Source: Tubiluchus corallicola
Taxonomy: Eukaryota > Animalia > Priapulida
Assembly (NCBI GenBank): GCA_030141605.1
Contig: JAQGDQ010000116.1
Location: forward strand, 538,603-602,602
DNA: 64,000 nt
Reading direction: 5' to 3'
Shown: positions 1 through 11,204 of the stretch, piece by piece
Numbering within the stretch: the first letter of the stretch is position 1
How the letters are laid out: every line of letters starts with the position of its first letter
Position numbers and translations under genes: made by a program
Notes under the pieces: generated by a model
Told to the model about the DNA's origin: nothing
Seen by the model: the letters and a program-made list of their open reading frames with translations, nothing else
Databases searched by the model: none

Positions 1-1176
1 CATTGTAACCTTTGTCCATCTACTTTCGATTTCTTTTTTCCACATTTCTTTCATAGCTTTACGGACATCTCTACATTCTTTTGAATTCACTAAATTGTGC
101 AGTAACATTAATCTTTCATAATCTATCCGCTGCTGCATTGGCCAACCCCTATTCCGCAATAACTTGCTGACACCCTCTGTAGCAATATTCTTATGTTCAA
201 TTATTTTTCCCACTTTGTTGTATTATATTGTCCTAAGTGCTTGGAAAATACGTTTGTTTCAGAAATTTTCGAATTTTACTCTTATAACTACTGTGTCCTT
301 TTCCTTACTTTTCATTTGTTCCCTTTACACTGCTTTTAATACGTGTGAATTTTGTAATATTAAAAATAATTTTTTTTCTTCAGTTCAAAATATTCAAAAA
401 TTTGAGTCATACTGATTATTTGTTTATTGCTCCTATAATATCTAAACTAAGTAGATATGAGATAAAACTTAGAACACTTGGTTGCTTGCTGACATGCTTT
501 TTACTAACTATATGACGTAATGGTCATGTGACATTAAACAGAGACGATACTACAGCTCCCAATACCCAATAACTGCTGTATCCACAATATATACTCTGGT
601 ATTTACTCGTAAATAGATTAGTACAAAAATGTGCACAATTGGGGTTGGGTTATCTCAAACCGAAGTACATAGTGTAGCGTAGGCGAAGACGTGTCTGTGT
701 GAATATTGACCAGAGACGTGGCAATGCGAAGGCGAACTTTCAACGCATATGTGAAGATTACGGGCAAAGCGTAGGTTATTACTCGACTTATGTGTGCCAC
801 CGATGTCCACTCCTCCCTATCTTAGCTTTCCTATCTACTATCTCTGTCTATCCGGATCGAGTAGTATACTTTTCGTTCTTTACAAAATAATTGGTTTTCA
901 GTCTTAGCCCATTAAGCGAATATACCGCTGGAGCTGAGTATCGCAGCAAGAGAGTAAACACCCCAACGATTTATTCCGAAAGAACTTCACGTGAAGCAAT
1001 CATTAAAACTTTTGAATGTTCTTGAGTTTTGATCTGGAAGTTCTTTTTTATGGCAACGCTCGTTGATGTTTATCAATTTTTACCAGTGTAAATGTTTAGA
1101 ACTGGATACTGCACTTGCTTCTGGTACAGATTCGTCTAATTAAGATGTGAGTCATAACCGTAATCAACCTACTTAC

Positions 1177-1303
1177 CTCCAAAGCAACCTGCAACGAAGT
1201 CGAGTACTTCATCATTGACCTTGACCACGCCGCGACGCTGTTCTTCGCTTGTGTACTTCCAAAGTTCCTGTTCCGCGAAGAGATAAGAGTTGGCAAAATC
1301 CAT
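1177..1303 (-). CDS. First coding exon of a mitochondrial carrier (SLC25 family, SLC25A29/45/47/48-like); the rest of the gene lies beyond the left edge
   Basis: The minus strand reads tttag|cc ATG GAT TTT ... TTT GGA G|gtaagt and encodes MDFANSYLFAEQELWKYTSEEQRRGVVKVNDEVLDFVAGCFG(G). The end, LDFVAGCFGG, matches the first-helix start of SLC25A29-type carriers (MALDFLAGCAGG), and the phase-1 donor is perfect. I found no next exon (GHP-DT-K) in 1-1170. Confidence 0.7.
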
Positions 1304-2995
1304 GGCTAAACATGAGAATGGTTCAACCGCAAATAAAATACTTAGGTTTGCTATAAAGATAACTAAAACTAGAAGCTTCTAAAATTTGCTCCGACCTGAA
1401 AAAAAATCAATTTTCTGAAGTTAGTAATTATATATACTGCCATTAGCGGTAAAATCTCCAAAATATTAATTAATATCTACTCAAGTAACTCTATTTTCTG
1501 GAAATTTGGAGACGAAGCAATCCAGTTACAGGACAAGCCGCAGCTATTTTCTGATGAGGTATTTTCTGGAAATTTTTTCCAATATTTGTTAGTATTTTTT
1601 CATTCTAGGCCTTATCGCCCATTTTTGTTTAACAAATGGTTTCCATCTCATCTGAAGTTAGTAATAAACACGAGCAAGTTTACGTATGGTTTTAATTGGA
1701 GATACCCTTTCGCGCAGTCGATTTAATATATGTGCGCGGGATAAGTGAGAAAAACATCTATTTTTAGGGCAGTTATTAAAATTAATAACTGCAAAATCAC
1801 ATATAGGCACAGAGTAGTTTGGATACGCATTATGCACATAGTAATTAATAAAAAATAAGTACACAGTACAATAGAAATATGTTGATATGAGGGATATGTA
1901 GGGATTCTAGGAGCATGTACAAAAACCAAGCAATGTGGTAGGAAAATTGGATTATTCTGCAAATGGAATATTATTTTACGTCGTTGTTATACGTTATAAC
2001 GAAGAAACTAAATTATTTGCAGTATTTCTGAAATTGCTTACGTGGGTGGCATTTATCCATCAGTTCTTCTAGCCATGTTCAAGATTATTTTGGAAGCACG
2101 CACGAGATCAGACTCAATAGAGTTTGCAAATTCACAAAGAAGTGCAAAAACTATTCAAAGAAAAGAACTTTGGCGCATACATCATCGCACCGAATTTGCA
2201 TTTCAGCTTTGTTGGCTAAATTCAAAGAGAATAGTAGTGTTAAAACAAATAAAAAGTATCCTCTTAGAAGTATAGGTTTTTATTGAGGTATGCAGCGTTA
2301 AAGCCTAAGACACTTTTTTGATGTCTGCATAAAGTTTCCTGTGTCAAAAGCTGGACTGAAAAAATTGGTGTGTAATGAAAAGGTTTTTCAAAAAGAGAAA
2401 AGGTGTGATAAAGGTTTTTGAAAGAGAAAAGTAGGTTTATTTTCAATGAAACTTTATGGAGAAGGCAGACATAAGCCATAGGGATAAACTACGTCATATG
2501 ATAGACGTAGCAAATGGTAGCAAGACGAATTTGGTACCGGGGGAGACGCTTCGTGAAGGTGTCGGAGGAATTTTACAGCTCTTTAGAAAGAGGAGTAGCT
2601 TTGTTGCAAGATAGGGTAAGATAATATAATAAGATCATAAGCCTCCGCCAGGACGATTACGAGTTAGTTCCAGGTTACTTCGAGATATTCTCGTTTGTAA
2701 GCTTTGTAACGTCTTCCACACCTTTTCTTATGTATAGCAGTGTAAACTAACGTCAGTATGTAAATATGGTATATTTGTCAGTCTATTTCATCAATGTTAC
2801 AATGGTCAAAGAATTGTAGACAAACGCTATGTATGATCTTATGCGCTAAGTATGCACTGTTGATTGCAGTTCTATTTTATGAACAAAATATTTTCTGGGT
2901 TATTTCGCTAGTCTGTTTAAGAATTAGTTACATATTTATAAAGGTACATTTTCGTATATTTGTCTGTTCATGTTTGTTTTTTTGGCTTTCCCTAT

Positions 2996-3141
2996 AAAAA
3001 ATCAGATAAACATGTCTAGGATTGTTTTGCTTTGGCGAGTGTCTGCTCCCTATTGAGTGTTGTTTTGTTTTACTCGTATACCACTTTTTCCTACACTTTT
3101 CTATTTGTGCCCTTTTTCCTGTGCCATTTTTACCTACATTC
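2996..3141 (+). repeat. Dispersed repeat terminus, copy 1
   Basis: aaaaatcagataaacatgtctaggattgttttgctttggcg...tttttcctgtgccatttttacctacattc is homologous to the reverse complement of 4132-4305. Confidence 0.65.
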
Positions 3142-3866
3142 TATTTTCATCAGTAACTTACACTATTTTTAAATTTGTTAAGATTCGGCATTAAAAATTA
3201 TGTATTGATTATGATCTTATAGGTAACCTGATTTTGATTTTACCTATCAATATCTTTGTGCTTACTTAGTTCGAAAGTTAACAAAAATATTATAATACAC
3301 GAGTGTTGCACCTTTGAATTTGCTCGCAAGGTAAATGGCACTCTAAACGACGAACTGGCTATAAAGAATTGCAACATATTTATAACGTTGATTTTATTGA
3401 AAAGGAGCATGAGGTGTTTATAAACTCGTTTAGTATATTATACATGTCGGAATTTTCCTATTCAGAAATTATCGCACAGACAACCCAGGTCGACAAAAGG
3501 TTTGCAAAACGCTTGGAAGAGTAAGACTGTAATCTGAGTATTCTCGTAAAACGCAAAACTGAAAAGGTTGTGACTAAAAAACAGAGTGTTAAAAAACAAG
3601 CAAACACAATTTTTACGTTTTGAGAAAGAATTTTAGATCTCAGACTAATAAGACACTTTGGAAACTCTGACGTACATGTAGTTATAAAACGGACGCAGGT
3701 ACCATTGCAATATCTTGATTCTTTTCGCATAAAATTGACAAAAAATCTCGTGTTTTATTGTTTACTTTTACTTTTATTTATATGATAGAACCACTATGTA
3801 AACAGATCCAGTAGCTATTTTTATGAGGGGGCAGTGGTAAATGTAGCTTACAGCAAGCGCTGGTCG

Positions 3867-3941
<75 letters not shown>

Positions 3942-3982
3942 ATTATTATTATTATCATCATCATCATCATCATTATTATTAT
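3867..3982. repeat. (ATT)n/(ATC)n microsatellite
   Basis: Directly visible trinucleotide run; it explains the poly-N/poly-D ORF at 3774..3995. Confidence 0.97.
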
Positions 3983-4131
3983 TTATTAGTAGCATTTATA
4001 CATACACGTGCAATTAGTAATAACTGCACAAAATTTACAATATGCTTCTAAATTGTAGGTCAGACCAATTGATGCTGGTCGAGCAAGAAAACTTTGTCAC
4101 AAAGTCATGAGAGCGATGTCCTCCTTCGTGC

Positions 4132-4305
4132 AGAATGTAGGCAAAATGGCACAGAAAAAAGGACAGAAACGGAACAGTAGGAAAAAAGCGACAAACATAT
4201 TATTTCAATACAAATAATTTCTATAATAAAACTAGAATAACACTCTATAAAAAGCAATCCTCCGCCAAAGCTAAACAGTCCTAAATATGTTTGTCGGATT
4301 TTTTA
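4132..4305 (-). repeat. Dispersed repeat terminus, copy 2, inverted relative to 2996-3141
   Basis: The reverse complement reads aaaaaatccgacaaacatatttaggactgtttagctttggcg...ctgtgccattttgcctacattc. Confidence 0.65.
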
Positions 4306-7300
4306 CACATATTTCTAAATATTATTTTACCTATAAATTTTAAATTGTAATTGTATATAGGTTACGTAATAGATAATAGATAATAACGTCAACAATTCCG
4401 AAATTTACGTGTAAAAGTGCAAAGTATCCAAAAATACCAACAAACTACCTATGCGAAAATCACTTATGCCCAATTATATGTTTAAAAACAAGTTTACTGC
4501 GGAATATTGTCCAAAAAAGTATTCAAATTAAATTGCCTTATGCACCTAAATTACCTGCGTATCCAAAGGAGCATCCAAACACGTACGCTTAAAATAGTTT
4601 CACGGATGCAAATGGTGACAATTTTGTTGTTACATATATACAGGAAAACCAGCGAACCACCATCATCCCCAATAATTGTCGACCAATAGTTCAGCTACAA
4701 CATCAACATCATTCTTCAAAAGAGTATGAAAATATAACTCGTTTTCTTCACCGACCTGTTGATTCACCTTTACAATTTTATATACGTTTTTACAGCATCA
4801 TATATATCACAAATTTTCATTTTACATTTGAGCCTGCTCAGCATCACTGATTATGTTCACGCATAGGCTAAAAATGTAGTAAAGTTTACTACAGCTTGAT
4901 ATCAATAGATACCACAGTGTATTAAAATTACTGTCATATGAGCTTAGCTTAATTACGGTGAATTTCCCAAGTTGTTCTAGGATTAATACTGGAGTAATAC
5001 ACACGCTAAACGTCCACAACTCTTTTCAAATCGTTCTGACTCATTTTTTACACTTTTTATCTGAATTTACAATAAGTCTCCAGTCACTACGTCACACAAA
5101 ATATTTTTCGAGTCTACGTCATTGACCGTCGACTTTGTCGAAATGATCATATATCAGTTATCCATGTTAATGTCACTCACTCCCAAGCGTTACAAAAGTT
5201 AGGGGCTGGCCACGCCACAATATGCGTAGGCTGTGCAAAGTGGCTAAGAAACAAGTTAGACAAGAAACAAGGACGAAGGAGTGCACGGTCACCTACGACG
5301 CAAGCAAAGCTCAGGGCAGATCAAGAAAAGCTGATAATTACGTTATTTACAATGCTTGACTAATATAATTATTGTTATACGCGGTTTACAGCTGTTGTTG
5401 CTTGTCCCTTGTATATGTGTTAAGACTATATACTGTACTATAAGCTACGTATCCATATATTAGCACCAAGAAATACTGGCTTGGCATCCCGCGAGTTTTA
5501 GGATGTCTTAACTTAATGGTAGTTGAACGTTTTTACTCATTGTCAGCAATTCCTCTATAGTGATGATGTCACGAAAAACATTGGCGGTGAAGTGATCGAG
5601 CATGATCTGCCTTAATTTTCTGGTATGGCGAGGGGTGACCGTTAAAAAACACAGAAAAAGCCATAATTTGTACAGGAAAGAGAGTCGGGTAATCAAACAA
5701 AAATATTTAAGTAAGTCACAATTTGTTTAAGTACCATAAACAATTAAAGTAAGAAAATATTTTAAATCAGTTATCAACTGACAATACATGGTTTGTACAT
5801 ATTGACAACATTATTTACATAATTGTTATGAACAGAAAGCCTTCACTATTTGATTCATGCTTCAAAGTCGTTTATTCTAAAGAGAATAATAAAGAGAACA
5901 TTAACAAGTAAGAAAATGAATAAAATGATAAACAGAAGCTTAGTAATTACAAAGAAGTCAACTTATTGGCAAAAGTACTTTCTCAAATTTCAGAGATTGA
6001 ATTCACAACTTAATTAAATTATTTAAATTCGTGTAACTTACATCGTTGGCTCTTCGTCAAGATTTAAAATTTCTCAAGGTACAAAATTTGGTTATAACTA
6101 AACGATGTTATTAACTGTAACACAATAACGACAAAAACATTGCTGTGAATAAAAACACGACCACCATTGTTCTCCTCCTCTCCTTTCCTCCTCACTCGTA
6201 GAGGGCAGCACCTTCTAGTAAATAAGTGTCTTTATGCATATTGCAGTTACAATAATGATGGCAATCATGTATGTGAAAAAAATAACGTTTTGTTCAGTAT
6301 CTTAGGTTAAAGGATAGGGTCATTTCTTTTTTCTGACTTCTTTACCTGTGACTTTTTTTACCTGCGACTTTATTGCCTGGATTCCTTCTCGAGCAACCCC
6401 TTGCAATCTCCTATAGGTTCTACTATTTCCTCTAGCTGTTTTTTGACAATGCCGACTTAGCTGATACTATGTGGTGTGGCTTTTGTTCCCCTCGCTCTCG
6501 TTATAATCATCTAATGCGTATATTAGTAGAGCTTTAGAGGGTTTGGGCGAGGCCTGATCTACAACTATTAACGCAACGAATACTTTCGCTAACTAGGGCT
6601 TAGAGTTACTCCACAAAATTCACTCGTGTTGTACAGAGGCAGTACGAATATTATGTATCATCTCAAAAATCGCATATTGGTGGTGGTTTTTTGGGAAATG
6701 ATCTAGCTATCAAATTAACCCTAGAAAGTTTCCATAGGCTTGCTATAGTCTTATGAACGCATTGTCCTCTTATCCTCTATAATATTCTGCTCCAATGCCA
6801 TCCTCGATAAGTCTTAATTAGAACATCTCGTATGCTTACTGAACGGGTTCAGAATTTGGCTGAGAATCACCAATTCAACGCAAAAAAGAATCTTGAATGG
6901 ACGTGCACGGGACCTTGTGCACGTATAAATTTCTTGCCATCGCAATGCAAAGCCACTTACCACACATACGCGTGTGTTTTGTGATCAGTCTTGCCTGCTT
7001 GCCTTTTCTTATATTTGATCTTTAGGAAGAGACTAAAAGTAGGTGTATTTTTATAGAAATGGCTAAAATTTAAAATATGAGTTTGAAACTTGCTTCGACT
7101 TATCTAGAATATAAAATTTATTCGCATTTGCCAGATCAGAAAGCTGGTAAAAATTTTGGAGTCGAGTTCCGTACTTGACAGTAAGTAAAAGTGCCGGTAA
7201 TTATAATAACATAAATTCTGTAAATGCAAACAATTAAAAAATAAGAAAACATCAATAATGATTACGCCTGGGTAGCTACTAGCTAGGCAGTCACAAATAA

Positions 7301-8977
7301 AACGTAAGATATAACCCGAAAAAATGTTCTTATTATTTAATCAACTCTTAAAAAAGGTCTTTTGAAGCCAAGCTTCTAATCCTGTCTGTCTTTTCATGTG
7401 ATAGTAGTTTTGAATTATGGACATCAAAAATAAAACAATAAAAGAAAATGCCGCCTGATTTTTTTATTAAGAAAGATGTTGTGCATCACATGATCTAATG
7501 AAATTTTAACTCTAACTCCCCTAACCTCAAGAAATGAACTTTTAAACTTTTGAAATTTTAAAAGCCACTATGATAATGTCATAATTTTAATCATGTGGGT
7601 AAAATAATAAGTTAGTACAACTACATATCTGAAATCTGGACTGTGCGATGGCAATGCATATGACAATGACAGAAGAAAACTTAACTTATCAATAATTATA
7701 CACAATTCACTAATCGTAGTATTGTTTAGAAGGCTGGTCTGTATCGGGATCTATATCTGGTAGAATAACCTTCAAACTCCAACTATGAATAATACGTCGA
7801 TTGATGTGTACATTGATGAATGTTAACATAAAATATACATGGAGATTAAATATTTACAGCTAAATTTACAGTCAACTGCTTCTTTAAAAGGACTGTTCCA
7901 GATTGTAAGACTGAAAATTTATATGGTAAGGATGAGATTGAAATGTGGTTAAATTTGAAGGAGAGATGTGATGTAGTACGTGGAGAAACAGAAATTAAAC
8001 GAGAGGACGGCACTACCACTAAATCTTGGATAATTTATACATCAATACTAGGCGGTGCCCTTCTCTCTGTCTATTGATTTTACCAATAATGTATCCCGCC
8101 TTTGAAAGTGCGGATTGTGCCGTTGTAGTCCCTGCGCGACACCTAACTAGCGAGATGTCGGCTGCCTGTTTTGCTTGTTTGGGGGCAGTACTTCAGGCTC
8201 CGTGATCCTCCATCGTAAGATGTCGTTTGCCTTATTTGCTACAATATCAACATGGTTATTCCAATATTTTTGCTTCGTGGTTTACCGAGATTTTTAAAGC
8301 AAAACCGGACCCAATCTTAAACTGTAGGTCAAAACAGTTTAAAATACTCTTTAAAATATTGAAGTAAAACATTCTTTTTTTCAAAAACGACTAACGTGAA
8401 AGAATTATTACCACATAAACAATTTCACGTTCACGCCACTGTTGCGTGTTTCGCTGTTGCATGCAATTCGCATATCGCTAGTTAGACGGGCACTAGCGCC
8501 TGCATTTCGGAAACGCAACGCATAAAAACAGGTGCTGTACCTCTCTCAGTTCAGATATGTTAGTTTCTGACGAACTACACACGTGCGTGAACACATCGGT
8601 AAATTTGAAATTTTAGTTTTTATTTTAAAACTTGCCTAGTTTTGCCACTACACACTGTACTAACACTGTACTTCAATTTTCGTTTTGCAAGCACGTGCAA
8701 CACGCTCATGGCATATTTTTGCTGTTGAAAATTATGTTAATTTGTGATGTCATCAATAGTATGGGTTCGCTCGTCGTTGATTAAGCTTTAGTCTATTATT
8801 TAATTATCAGAAACGCTTTTGCAGTATTAATTGTGTTAAAATGTATACTTTTTATCGGATTTGAAAATGGGGTTGTATATGAAAAATCATCCTGTCTTCC
8901 TTTAACCTGGCTTACAGTAGAAAGTTGTGTATTGCTTAACTGACATGTGCATAAAAACAGTGAATCTGCAGAATCTT

Positions 8978-10960
8978 GTTACATTACATTTAACTAGATT
9001 GAAACTGGTTGTGGCGTTATAGGTGCAAGTGATAAGGAGCTACTTGCACGCGTATAACGCGTCTGCAAGAAGTGTCAGGTAATGTTGTTATTAACTTATT
9101 GATTGAAGTTACGCACGTTTTTCAGTTTTTCTATTATCATTCAGTGCTTGATGTAACGCTGTAGTAAGTAGAGAGTCCTTTGGTAATCTAATGCAATGTC
9201 CAGTCCATCTACGCCGACGCTTCTGTATAACCTCATTCCTTCTTCTTCGTTAAATCGCATAAATCTTGATTTGAGGGTTTTTTGGCCATTTTATGTCCAA
9301 CATCTTTCTGTACAGACGTTTTTGGAAGGCGTTAATTTCTTCCGGACAACTTTGACTGCCCACAATTCATATTTATATAAGAATACAAGTGATGATAAAA
9401 TATGTAGTTTCTGTGGTGAGATTTAGATTTTCAAAGATATTTATAAGCTTAGAACAGGCAGCCAAGGCTAACATTTTTCCACTTGCTATGTCAGCTTCAG
9501 TGCCTAGTAAACTACCAAGATATTTACAGTTCTTCTAAAAATTATCACCACCGCGCTGTTTTGTGCACTGCTCTGTTCTGGTGTCATTTATGTTCAATTT
9601 GAAAATTTTCAGACAGTTGGTTACATCTACTTTCACAGCATCTATTTCGCCTATGCTAGTTACTGTCCAGGCAATATCATCAGCATATTACATTGACAAG
9701 AGACTCGAAGGAGATCCAAATATTGCGTAATTATGTTCTACTGACTAGTCAGCGAGACTGATTTTGCATCTAGAATTGCGTACATATGACCAACAAGTTG
9801 TACAGATGGTATGTAATTTGTTTCCTTCAAGGCTGTTGCTGGTTTAAAATGTGAATAGAACAAGGCTTAAACAATCGCCCTGTGGAATACCAGTATTTGA
9901 GCAAAACTCCAAGTGGAGGATGCCATCACATTTTACTTGCAAGGATAGATTTTGTAGTTGTATAGTAGTCGTCTGCAATTCATCTTTCTGCAGCACATCA
10001 TTTAAATGATTAAATTAGTAATAACTTCCTCTGCACTGTATTAGATACTTTAGACATATCAAGCAGTAGGGTATGAATAGAGAAATTGGTGGTGGAGATG
10101 GTTTATTCTGCTAAAAGTTTGCAAGCAAGATCTAGTTCAGCTTGCTTCTACTTGGTTGATATGACACTTGGCTTTTATTGTATACAACTTTGTAGTTTAT
10201 TATGTGGTTTTTGCAGTGAGATGAGAATACCTCTAGATATGTCTGCTGGGGACACTCAGATTTCGGCAATGCTATTCGTTATGCCTGCAATTTTATTAAA
10301 CCGTAACATGAAGTTTACTGGTACCATGTTTTAGAAGCTCTACATTTAGGTTGTCAATACTAGGACTTCATTGTTTTTCAGAAACTTTATTGTCTTGCTG
10401 AATTCATCTGTTGTAAAAGATTTCCTCATAGCAGTAGATGAAATATGTGTCAGTGCTTCTTCAAATTCATTGTGAAAACTATTCTTAAAGAAACAACAGA
10501 TTAATTCAGCTTGCTTTGCAGAATCTGTTACAATTACAATGCCTTTAATTGTTTCTTTGGACTACAGCTTTTTGTTTGGTTTGAGATTTTGGAGAATAGG
10601 TATGGGATTGAAATACCAAGTTATGTCATTCTTAGAGCTTTCAACAGCTTCAACAAGGTTTCTAATCCGGGCATATTCAATTTTCCTTTTACAATCATGG
10701 ATTTGATTCATGAAGTTGTTTCGTTCTTTTTTCAGTAGATAAATTTTTTCAGACAAATTGGATAAATATTTTGTTTGGTGAATTCTGTCCTTCAGATTTT
10801 TTTGTTCCTGTGATAAATTTTCAATAGTAGTATCAGAGATATGGATGGTATTAAGTGAGGAATATCCTAGAATTTCGCTAACAATTTCTATAACAGCTCC
10901 CAGTTCTTAACTTGATTTTGTGATTCTAGTGTAGTAAGTTTTCTGTCAATCATTTCCTGA
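8978..10960 (-). mobile_element. Degenerate, 5'-truncated RTE-clade non-LTR retrotransposon (reverse transcriptase pseudogene)
   Basis: Minus-strand RT motifs occur in the correct order with stops and frameshifts: LLLDMSKVSNTV (~10070), NTGIPQGDCLSLVLF (~9898), YADDIAW (9687), KYLGSLLG (~9525), and the RTE signature KRRRRWTGHCIRL (~9220). A short AATGT-type tail lies at ~8980. Confidence 0.9.
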
Positions 10961-11204
10961 TATTGTTTGTGTACGTTCTCATCTTCCAGCGTTTCAACAT
11001 CAGATGTACGTGCTTTGCTTCAAGTTTCGTCCACTGAGTGCTGAAACTTGCCGTTACTAGTGAATGCCCAACAGGCGATGGTCGTACAGAAAGGGCACTA
11101 TTTGACAACTCAGGCGCACGCTACTGCCGTCTAGCGGAATAACCGATTATCATTGCCAGTTTACCATTAAATTTTGTAATGGCCGATTGGAAAAAGATTT
11201 AGTA

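Noticed and set aside
630-884. Possible solo LTR (TGT...ACA)
   Set aside because: The flanking duplication is only 3/4 in an A-run and I found no convincing internal signals.
1096-1296. 66-aa minus-strand ORF from the track
   Set aside because: It is the wrong frame; the overlapping frame from ATG 1303 carries the SLC25 motif and a perfect donor.
3774-3995. Poly-Asn/Asp ORF
   Set aside because: It is the translation of the (ATT)n/(ATC)n microsatellite.
4545-4870. Minus-strand exon-like segment ending cag|gtaa
   Set aside because: The frames I examined contain stops and no recognisable motif.
5185-5512. LTR-like, GC-richer segment
   Set aside because: I could not define TG...CA ends with a matching TSD.
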